From assembly GCA_002633005.1 (NCBI GenBank), contig NMRA01001264.1, positions 1 through 32,890 of the forward strand: a DNA stretch of 32,890 nucleotides, in the 5' to 3' direction. Under the pieces are notes generated by a model. The model was not told the origin of the DNA. It worked only from the letters and a program-made list of their open reading frames with translations, and searched no databases. Made by a program: the position numbers and the translations under genes. This document shows, in pieces, positions 9,932 to 20,120 of the stretch. How positions within the stretch are numbered: the first letter of the stretch is position 1; every line of letters starts with the position of its first letter. Origin of the DNA: Phoronis australis (lineage: Eukaryota > Animalia > Phoronida).

Positions 9932-12276
9932 ATGGCAATCAGCTCCAAGGACGCAGACGACATTCGAAGGCTGTTAGAATGCCCCATCTGTTTAGAAAGA
10001 CCGAAAACACCACGCCAACTGCCGTGTATTCACACGTTCTGTCATGAATGTTTGCAAACATTTATTGACAAACGAGGCAAAGGCGGCAAGTTTTCATGTC
10101 CACGGTGTAATCGACTTTTCGACATCCCAAAAGATGGCGCTGCTGGCTTTGCGTTCAATCATTTCATCAATCACCTGAACGACTGTGTTCCTAAAACTAC
10201 CAATGTCTTCTGTTATGTATGTCATTGCAAGGGATCCACAGTGGGGGCAGACTTCATGTGTATACAGTGCGCTCATCACTTGTGTAAAAAGTGTGCGGAC
10301 GTTCACTGTCAGACTGGAATCACTTTAACCCACAAAGTGGTCAGTTTGGAGGAAGTCGCAGCTGGCATGCATTTTGAGGCGATACGTGAACACCAAACAG
10401 TGTGTTGCCCCAAACATCCGGAAAAGTTGCTTGAACTTTACTGCGACCAATGCAAAATACCGGTGTGTTTTATGTGTAAAGCACTGGAGCACGATCACCA
10501 CAAGATGAAGAATATTGAAGAGGCGGCACAGGAAGCAATCGAGGTGCTCACAGCTTTGATGGAGCCGTGGATAGACGCAGTGGATCACGCGAAGGCTTTG
10601 TCAGATGAACGCAAGAATATTCGCGAGGAACTGAACCAAGAACTTTTACAAGGAAAGGTTGAAGAACTCGGCAAAATTTTTGACGATTTCAAAAAGAAGA
10701 TTGACGACGAACTGGAAACTAAGAGAAGTGAAGCGATCACTAAACTGACCGAAAAGTTCGAGTCGGTCCAAAAACAAAGCCAAGCAGCTTACGAGGCGGC
10801 TGAACACAGTCGACTGTCTCTGATGAGTACATTGAGATACGCCAAGAGACTGGTTGAAAGAGCGCATCCTGCTGAAACAACTCTACAGTACCATGACATG
10901 GCCGCCACTCTGACATCGTTAGATATCAGTCAGTTTGAACTTAATGCAGACAGACATGTGTTTAACTTTGTACCACCTGAACTGTCAGTACCTAACCTGT
11001 CTGTTGATAGTGAATCTACTGTAGAACCACAACTAATGGACACAAAAGTGTCACAACTTCATCTTTCATCCAAATCACCCGTTCAGCCTGTCACTCCACC
11101 ACTGACTGTTAAAGAACCTGCGGGTAGTGTTGGTAGTTTTACCAGCCTGGGTGAGGGGGAGAGGGAGTCTGATTGTTATGGACTGGCAGTTTGTGATGAG
11201 GGGTTTGTTGTAACAGACGCAGGCAACAAAACTGTGAAAGTGTTTGAGAAACACAACTGTAAACTAAAGTTGAAGTTACAACAAACTCGTCACAAACTGC
11301 AGCAGCCGTACGACGTGACATGTCACAAAGATGGTGACATCTTCATCACCGACTGGGGCATTAAGGGTGTTGTCAGGTATGATGGCCGTGGTGAGGTGGT
11401 GAAGGTGTGTCGTGATGTGTATAAAGGCTGGGGCTTTGTGACATGTCACGGTGACAGACTGGTTGTGTGTGATGAAGACGGGGGACGGGTACTTATAACG
11501 GATCTTAACTNAGCCGGGGTGAGGGGGTGAGGGGGTCTGAGTGTTGGGGACTGGCAGTTTGTGATGAGGGGTTTGTTGTAACAGACGTATACAACAAAAC
11601 TGTTAAAGTGTTTGACAAACACGACTGTAAACTAAAGTTGAAGTTACAACAAACTCATCACAAACTGCAGCGGCCGGTCGACGTGACATGTCACAAAGAT
11701 GGTCACATCTTCATCACCGACCGCGGCATTAAGGGTGTTGTCAGGTATGATGGCCGTGGTGAGGTGGTGAAGGTGTGTCGTGATGTGTATAAAGGCTGGG
11801 GCTTTGTGACATGTCACGGTGACAGACTGGTTGTGTGTGATAGAGACGGGGGACGGGTACTTATAACGGATCTTAACTGTGATATTCACCAACAGTTGGA
11901 CGGCCCCACCCTGGGGCTGAGAGAGTTCAGACCAGGATATGTGTGTATGGACAACTGTGGTCAGTTGGTGGTCAGTGAGAGTTACCCCGGTCGTGTCCAT
12001 ATAATAGACCCGACACGGCCGGCCGTTGTATCCACACTGACCCATCAACTGAGTGACTACCCGTGCGGTGTGTGTGTAGACCCACACGGTCACATTCTGG
12101 TGGCAGACCATCACAATAGTCAGGTGATTTTATACAACAACGCACGTGCACACGTGATCGTGCCCCCTGGTGGTGTCCAGTATCCAACTGGTTTATGTCT
12201 CCCGGCCCCGGGTCAGGTGTCTGTAGTGGAGTGTGAAACAGGTGTGGTGAAGACATTTCAGTACTTGGAGGAATAA
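9932..12276 (+). CDS. TRIM-NHL protein (RING E3 ubiquitin ligase; RING, B-box1, B-box2, coiled coil, 6-blade NHL propeller), TRIM2/3/56/71-like; 658 aa once the duplicated block is collapsed (9932-11143 + 11512-12276)
   Basis: C3HC4 RING CPICLE..LPCIHTFCHECL..FSCPRC; B-box1 CYVC..CIQCAHHLCKKCADVH..TH; B-box2 CPKH..YCDQCKIPVCFMCKALEHDHH; E/K-rich helical segment; NHL blades such as PVDVTCHKDGHIFITD and YPCGVCVDPHGHILVADHHNSQV. The ORFs 9932-11530 and 11527-12276 join in frame when one 367-bp copy and the N are removed. Confidence 0.92.
11144..11878 (+). repeat. 367-bp block present twice (11144-11510 and 11512-11878) around a single N; probably unmerged overlapping contig ends from two haplotypes or paralogs
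   Basis: Both copies start agcc(t/g)gggtgaggggg and end gatcttaact, have equal length, no indels and 21 substitutions. The single N at 11511 lies exactly at the junction. Confidence 0.92.
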
Positions 12277-12473
12277 CGTTATGTAGTACTGAACAACGCG
12301 TGTTTATGCGCCATGTGTAAATATAATATGTATCATAAGCACAGTGGTATTTTAATAAGTAGAATATCGTTCGTCTGCGCAGTTTGGTATGAAGCATGAA
12401 CTGGTAGTTATATGTTTGGTGGTAGTTCCGACTGTTGACAAGTGTTTTTAAACACTTAAAAGTTGTTTATTTT

Positions 12474-12479
12474 AATAAA
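12474..12479 (+). terminator. Candidate polyadenylation signal of the TRIM-NHL gene
   Basis: First AATAAA seen after the stop codon (about 200 nt downstream), followed by T-rich sequence. Confidence 0.45.
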
Positions 12480-12727
12480 TTTGTAATTAACAAATTATGC
12501 CATTCTTTTGAAGTTTGATGTATGGCTCAGTTTGACCAGTACATTAATTGGAAATTATTCTAAAAAATAATTTTTTTTGTAGAAGATTGCTCAGGGACTT
12601 TTGAAATTCTTCTAACAAAAGCAGTAATGCAGTAGTAAAATTTATATTTGTAAAAGCATAATTGTTTTATGGCGGCAGTAGCCCTCGTTTTCATAGGTAA
12701 TATTCTCGTTTGACTGTTTCCTGGTTG

Positions 12728-13910
12728 AAATCGAAATCGCGTTTGAAATGATATGTATGTCGATTAATAATCACCTGATCCCAGCATTTCACTGAGCATG
12801 TGGGCCTATCTGGTGATGGCGGCGATTGTACTGCGGAGTGCACGGTGACCCTAGTTAAAATTTACTCGTTTCACAATATTTCTTTTTATTCAAAAAAGCA
12901 AACAAAGTATTCAGCAAAACAAAAAGGACAAATGTTCAGACACACGTACACATAAAAAATACAGTGGCGGATCTAGGATAATATAACGGGGGCCCAGCAT
13001 TTTGTCTCCGGCAACCTCAAAGTAGGGTCGCATGGGCGCACCCAGCTGAAATTCTAAGGGTGCCCGAATTAATTGGCGGACTAAAAAAACGGAAAACGGT
13101 TGCACCGTAGGTCACGCTTGCAATTGCAACGGGGTCTGAGTCCAACATGTTAAATGCTAAACTCAATATTTACCCACGATCATGCTCTTTTATTTTTTGG
13201 CGGTGGGGAGGGGGCGGGCCCCCTGCTCCCCCTAAATCCGCCTATGAAATAGAGCGATCATCAAAGAGACAGTAATAGTTTTCCATGTTTCCTCCATATG
13301 AGCACTCTTCAGAAATCTTGTTGCATTTTAGTAAAAGTGTCGGAGTGGTGGTCAAAAAATTGTTTCATTAAACTTCCATCTTGATACGACACAAATAGTC
13401 GCCGTTGAACAAATTAACGTGGACTACTTACTACTAGTCATGAAGGCTAACACGGCATGAATTATTGCTCGGACTGAAGCAATCGGATATGAAACTAAAG
13501 TTTTATCATTGTTTGACTTTCAACCAAGCAAGCGTAAAATCTCACAATATTTCAAGTCACACCTTTGTTTTACGTCAACCTGTTTCAATCTCACCAATTT
13601 CCAAGAGATTTTCATAGGATATTAATTCAAGGAACACTCCAAAAATCCATTTACAAAATTTCTAATGTTTAAATTACTTTTGTAAATTATCAAATCTACT
13701 ATTTCAAGAATGTGACTAACAAAATCGACAAAGGTTATAGGACTTTTTTTAAAACTACATTTCATTAGCTCCCCAAAACGAAAATTGACACTTTTAAAAG
13801 CCCATAAAATTGAACGCAAGTTATTCGTTGCTGTGATAAGAAGACTTTAGTTACTTTTACAATACAGCAAGATGACAGCATCCTCTAGCGATTCAAGAGA
13901 GCGCTTTAAG
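12728..13910 (+). repeat. Dispersed repeat family A, copy 1 (interrupted by a MITE)
   Basis: Shares colinear blocks with 23682-24480 and 28632-29265, e.g. gatggcggc..gtactgcggagtg, taaacttccatcttg, ctgaagcaatcgg, ttccaagaga, tatttcaag. Confidence 0.8.
12962..13246. mobile_element. MITE with GGCGGATC-type TIRs inserted into repeat family A
   Basis: CAGTGGCGGATCTAGG ... CCTAAATCCGCCTATG (13/16 complementary), flanked on both sides by AAATA; GC-rich relative to the surroundings; absent from the homologous copy near 23870. Confidence 0.7.
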
Positions 13911-14242
13911 TTAAAATCGCGAACTCATCAATCATCCTCTGACAACATCGCCGGCAAGTTCGGTAATTGTGTCAATGTTTAAAACCACAAAGTATATCAG
14001 TTACTAATTGAACAGTAACAGCCAAATAGAATGGGGAATCCGCCCCCCTCCCTTTGAATTCGATCTGATGTCAGTTCCGAGTGACCCGTCCATTTCAGCT
14101 CACGATTCCAACATTCCGGTTTCCCGCTTTACTGCTGTGAAATAAATGTATTCGTTCAGGTTATGTAAGACTTCATCAACAAGTCCATGTAGTTAGCAAA
14201 TATCTAGGATGGGTTTTTTAAAAAATAGTGAAAATTAAATAA

Positions 14243-14695
14243 AGGTGTAAGAATATTTCATGAAAAAAGAAAGGAATTTGATATTTGACTTTTTGCCAAT
14301 GTGTTATTGCTTGGTCACGTGACCATGTCTTTTAACAGAATTGAGCAAAACAGAAAGTTGCATTGATTGTAAAACGACGTTCTCACTAGAACCATCAAAT
14401 TTTATTTGAATGTTCAAGATAAGGTATCAAAAACTCTGCCAGAGGTTTCTAAAATATCATTTCGTTTCTGTTTTATGCAATTTTAAAGATTTTTCATGAG
14501 AATCATTAAAGTCCTATACTTTATAGCCTCTCATGGAAAAGTGAAACATTTTAAAACAGTTAGTAACATCGTATTTTAGACCTGTCCATAAAGCATAGTG
14601 TCTGAACGTTTCTCATGAATACTAGTAGCCAAATCTGAAAGTTTAATGTGCTGATGTTAGTCAAATGTGGCCATTTTTATAGGTTCTACACAACC
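14243..14695. mobile_element. Possible decayed TTAA-type non-autonomous DNA transposon (Kolobok-like)
   Basis: ataa|aggtgtaagaa ... ttctacacaacc|ttaa imperfect termini, with an internal palindrome tggtcacgtgacca near 14312-14325. Confidence 0.25.
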
Positions 14696-15172
14696 TTAAA
14701 TTATCATACGTTTCGTGCTGTGATGTATCACAGTGTATTATGTTGTGGTGTGTTGCGTTGTATTGCACAAACTTTGTACAAAGTTGATCTGCGGCCGTTT
14801 CTTACTGCCGACTCTTTGATGGCGACAAGTTATTTTATTAACTCAATTTTACTGCAGTCGAGTGTAATGGGAGGGGGGGGCAAACATCTGGGGGTTGGGA
14901 GTGTTGTGCAAAAGAGTAAAAATGGACAAGGAAAGAACAAACTTTTTACCCCCATCTCAGGTGTGTCTTTTGAAGTAAGTGATCTGTCTACAAACTGCCA
15001 GCGAAAACACTAGCAGCTTTGATATAACTCTATACGCAGTTGTGATTGACACTTAAACTGTTCATATCACTGACCATTTTGCTATTGGTAAATAGGTGCT
15101 TTCGAAGTCGCTAGGTTTTTATCCAGTTTTAGAATGGATTATTAGTCACTGACCTACATGTATCTTACTAAT

Positions 15173-15545
15173 TTGACTCGATTAATCGTGTTTTAGCAGT
15201 TACGTACTTGTTGCACACGGAATAGGATTGTCGCGAAACTATTTTATTTAAAAATCAATCAGTTTGCTTGATATCGATGTGTAGTAATATTGCAACTTAT
15301 TTTGGGCGAGCTCCATTAGTAATTTCATCATAGATGTATTGAGTAAACCTGTGTTACAATGTCCACACATGAGACATTGCAAGGTGGAGCAACTTCACTA
15401 ATGAAAGTCTTTTGAACTTCGATTACATTGACTCGATTAATCGTGTTTTAGCAGTTACGTACTTACTGCACTTGAAACAGGATTGTCCATACATGACACG
15501 TTGGAAGGCGGAGCAACTTAACTAATGAAAGTCTTTGACATTCAA
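15173..15545 (+). repeat. Local tandem duplication (about 15173-15427 and 15428-15545), second unit internally shorter
   Basis: ttgactcgattaatcgtgttttagcagttacgtactt occurs identically at 15173 and 15428; the gtcca(c/t)acatga..ggagcaactt..actaatgaaagtcttt block occurs in both units. Confidence 0.85.
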
Positions 15546-18500
15546 TATTTTTGATGTAATATTCATGCGCGTGGACATGAACAAAATCTTTCACAAAGCA
15601 TCATAAAGAGGACATAAATGTCCTGGACTCCTTATTGATAAAGTAAATTGATATATGTTTGAGGCCAATTTAGATTTAAATTTGCTAGGCACGAGTGAAA
15701 CAGTTTAAATTCAAATTAAATAAGGTTTTTGGGCGTGACGCGTCTAAACGAATCATGTCATGATCTTTTCTCCGGTTACAAAATATTTCAAGCCAGCGGA
15801 GCCTTCCATTTTTAGTAAAGTTGGGGAACATGGAAATAGTCTTAACAGAAAAAAGACTTACTTTTTGTCTACGAAAATGAACCATTTATTGAAAAAATCA
15901 AAGATGAGAAACTCGTGATCTCTTATTTTTATTCAAAACAGGTCATATGAATATGAATAAGATGTTATCAACCTTAAAAACTCGGGCAGACTTTGCTGAC
16001 AAAATAAACTATAGCGAACTTCTACACAAGTAATAAGATTTGACTAAAGGCCTTTTAAAAACTTCAACAGGGCATTTGATACAAGTACAGAATTATCTAT
16101 GTTTTGAAGACGTTGTTTTACCCGCAAACATGAAAACATTTGAAGTAAAAAATATGTAACTCGAGGAAAAATGTTCAATGCCTTCTGGTCTCGAGTATAA
16201 TATTCATACCCAGGAGAGACTCGAAAAATGTCCATTTGCTTGACATGCATAAAGTAAAACCTACACATTTATACTCGAAGGACATTAGACCCATGGGCCA
16301 GAAATCTGCCTTTGTAAAGATAAGACATGCAACGCAGTCTACTCCAGTTCACATCATAGTCTTATAGTCGTTGCTAGGGTTCTAGCACTTTGCGGCGCAT
16401 AAATGACAACATGTGAGTTTACAAAGATTTTTTGTTTATTGCTTTCTCGCGAAACTTCCAAAACTGAGTAATAACTGCACAAAAAATCACAAAATCAGCG
16501 ATTGACCAACACACCTGCACTGTGCGTAGATCATCGATAACAAAACCAAGACTAAAGCGGGAAAACGCAGTTACAAGGCTAATGTCACGTGACCAACGAA
16601 GGAATCGGGGTACGACGTACAGGGTAATTACAAATGCACACAACTACCAAACAATACTTTTAATGGCCAAAGAATAACTACGTTTGCAGTAACAAGTAGT
16701 AGCATTCTCTTCGAGAAAAGTAATTTTGCAGAAATTACCTAACAATTGCGCGGAATCAAACACGCTACCTCCGCACACGTAGCCGAACCCGTGTCTAACG
16801 CTCAGCCAAATCCGAGGCGTTGTACATTTTTAGAAGCGTATTTTAGTAAGCTTAGAATTTTCAATCATTTTAAATGGTGAAGAAGACAGCCTTGATTCCA
16901 TCGAATGACTTACGGAAAGTAGTAAGAATTGGGGATTAGTAATAAAAGCACAACACCGAAGTGAATTAAGTTGTTTTCTGGGTATCGTCTGTGAACATGT
17001 TGTATCGACATTTGATATTTGAAATAAATGAGGGGAATTCAATAACATAAATTTATCTGATAAAATTGTTATCACAAAATTCCCGTTTTGTCCAACAGTA
17101 AGATTAGTAGATATCCGTGCTATTTATGTGTAGAATACCCTTCTACGGCACTTTTAATGAGGAGTTTTCTGAATCAAATATTAGACAAATGAAAATGTGC
17201 TCTTGTTTTTATCTCCATGGAAACATGCATACACGTGCCATATTCACACGCACTGACCCTTTGTGTGTGTGGCAAGACAAGGTTACTTTCCAAAATCTGA
17301 GACAGGTGCCTGTCCCACCATTTTGAATGCAATGAAATCGTGTAACCCCTCATATTGCTGGATTTGGTAAACATCGATCATAACCGAAAATAATAAAATG
17401 GTGTTAGAAATGAAATTGGCAACATTTGTCAGTCATGGTCTTCTGTCTACTGCTGTACGTTGGACAACCTGGTGTTTTAATGTTTTAATTTCCGATGTCA
17501 CGGAGAGGGGGAGCCAACATCGCAAGCAAGTAAAATGGAATTCTTTTCCAAACTAACAGATCAAAACAAATTTCGAATATAAAACTGTTAATTGTCATTA
17601 AAATACATCGATTTTAAAAATTGTTTAAAAAACCATTAGAAGTGTTTTCTCATTAACCAAAGAACGACATGAGTTAAATACGCTGTTTTCCCTGTCAGAT
17701 TACAACTACTTTTGAATAATTGATCTTAAAAAATTAAAGTTGGGTCAAACATGTCGGGCGCTGGTGATTGAGGAAACTTGGCGCTATGTTTTTGGTTTTC
17801 ACTCAGCAAAACTTTTAATGTTCAATTTCAAAGTGGGAACACCTGTTTCAAGTTTCTGGTGATCGATTTTCTGAAGAAGGGCACTCTTCCTATAGACTCC
17901 GTGTTTTTTGTTAAAATATTGAAAAACTGGACATCGGACGTCAATATCCAATGTTCTTAAAAGTTATACGAAAATGATCATTCTTTTTCTTTATTTGTGA
18001 AAGCGTAAACATAAATCCCATTGTAACGTCGGTAAATGCCATGAATTTACAGAAATGACTTAGTACTGGCTTTATAAAGTCAAGCCGCTCTCTATTGTGA
18101 TGGAGACGAAACATGGGAGTACAGGAATATGACTGACTCGAAAAAGTGCACATTTTGTAACGAGCGTTCGTTGTAGCCATAGAAGTAGAGACTTAGAATG
18201 TCAACTCTCTCACGTATTTAAGCTTGCGATCACGAAACTAGCTGCCAGAGCACTCTGGCCAACTCGCGATCGAGAACGCCCGGAAGGCGATCGCGAACGA
18301 GACCTTGCACCTAAACGGCAGATGCCGGTGACATACCCGGTGAGTTTGTCATTTTCTTCTTAAATAGAGGCTACTTTGGTACGAATGCGACTCACGGAAA
18401 AGCGTTACGGTTTAACTTTTGTTGTGAATATGAAATAATACTTGGCTTTTGCATATTTCTTAAAATTATGAGCACAGAAAGCAACGGCTTTCAGTAAAAT

Positions 18501-18869
18501 GCCTTACGCCTCGTAAAGTGGACAATTTCATCTCGTTATCAACAATTAGAGGCGTGTGACGGTTATAGTTTAATTGCCCCTGGTGACATCTTTGTTGGAT
18601 ATGATTTGTGAAACAATTCGAGATATTAACCAATACAAGCATATCCTTGTGTGAGACGGCGGTCGGGAACGAAGTAGTTAATTCTCTAAGGCGATCGTGA
18701 ACGCACCCTTTTTCTCTGCATTGGCCAGAATAGGCGTTCAAGTTACTGTGTTATGTTAATGATTTTGGAATAATACGTGCCATGAATTAGTTCACCGTTT
18801 TTTCATGTTTTGTTTGTGAGATTTAGCTTAACAAATACATGTATAAATAAATGCGTTTGATTTTTTCAG

Positions 18870-19290
18870 TTGACAGTAGACTCACGACGAGTCCTTCAGG
18901 GTGTTAACGTCCACGCCTTCAAAAAAGAGTAGCACAACTGCACAAAGGAGTGTGTGAATGTTGTGGAGCTTCGTTCACGAAGAAATAGACTTTGTATGAC
19001 CACGTGGCAATAGCACACAGTGACACTACGGCAAGCAAGAAATTTACAAGCCCTGTGATAGACGTGTTGGATGGGGCAAGAATTTTTTGTCGATATAAGA
19101 AAATACAACATGAAGCATCGTGCTCAGGAATCAAGTCGATTCAGTGTCTTATCTGCGATCAATGTTTCACGGAAAGAGTGTGCCCGACGCCACATATGCG
19201 TCAGAGCACAGGGACACTCCTATTTTGTGAATGTGGTATGTCATGCAAACAGTATGTCTCCTACATGCACAAGAAATAGAAATGCTATGG
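18870..19290 (+). pseudogene. Degenerate C2H2 zinc-finger array
   Basis: After acceptor ttttttcag (18869): VCECCGASFTKK*TLYDHVAIAH (in-frame TAG at 18986-18988), then a broken finger, then IQCLICDQCFTERVCPTPHMRQSTG and FCECGMSCKQYVSYMHKK. In-frame stops and lost His ligands. Confidence 0.6.
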
Positions 19291-19938
19291 TTTAAATCAT
19301 CAAGTCCAGTGATGAAGGTTGTTAAGTCACTATAGTTTATTCAGATTTACAGAGTTTATGGTTGGTAGTTGTCCGAAGTTTTCTTAACTTTTTGTTTTGA
19401 AACTTTTATCCTCAAATTTCTTTCTATATTTGTGTTGTTTCAATAGGATCTTTAACAAAACCATAGCATTTTTTTAGTGTTGAATCAAATTTAAATGGCC
19501 ATACTTAGTGTCATTGGGTAATACTTACATACAATTGTTTTGACCAATTAATATTTCAAAAGAAAATATATGTCTATGATCATTGTAGAATTTTTTATAC
19601 TGTAGTTGTTGATTTCTTGTGAGAAACTTAATATGCTGTCTACCAGTCCGAAATACATTGTCTGTTATTCAGTGATGATTTAGTCTAATACACTCCAAAA
19701 TAATTATTAGGCAATGTTCAATAGATTTGTAATGTTGATTTCTCTAAAGCAATGTTTTAAATCTTTTTGTATGACCAATGTTGAGGTATATATTGTAGTT
19801 GTTTTCCTGTGTCTTGAAGTGACCTCAAAGACAACATTTTGAATGCATTTTAAGAAAATCATAATACAGCATGTGTATTATAACTCGTCTCATTTTTTTC
19901 AATTTCACATTAAACTAGAAATCATGAACTGAAGATGC

Positions 19939-20120
19939 CAGTAGCGGATCTGCGTTTTCAGTAAGGGGGGTTCAGGATTCCTGCAAAGGTCGAATCGGAG
20001 GAGCGCAGCGCCGAGCTGGGGGAGGTCGAAAGATGGGTTCCCCCTACCGTGTAAGACAATTTTTTTTGTTTTTGTAGCCAAATAGTAAAATTTCCATGCA
20101 TCCTGGCGAGTTTCTGGCAG
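19939..20120 (+). mobile_element. Truncated MITE of the CAGT(G/A)GCGGATC family
   Basis: Starts CAGTAGCGGATCT like 12962 and has G/C-run-rich internal sequence; matching right TIR not found. Confidence 0.4.

Noticed and set aside
11144-11878. Diversity-generating retroelement-like template/variable repeat pair
   Set aside because: Differences are not adenine-specific (T/G, C/T, G/C, G/T all occur), there is no reverse transcriptase in the window, the DNA is eukaryotic, and the pair straddles an assembly N.
11144-12276. True internal duplication giving a 9-blade propeller, or a separate NHL-only gene at 11527
   Set aside because: The junction is a single N, the extra 368 nt break the frame, the 11527 ORF starts at a GTG in mid-domain, and collapsing gives the canonical six blades.
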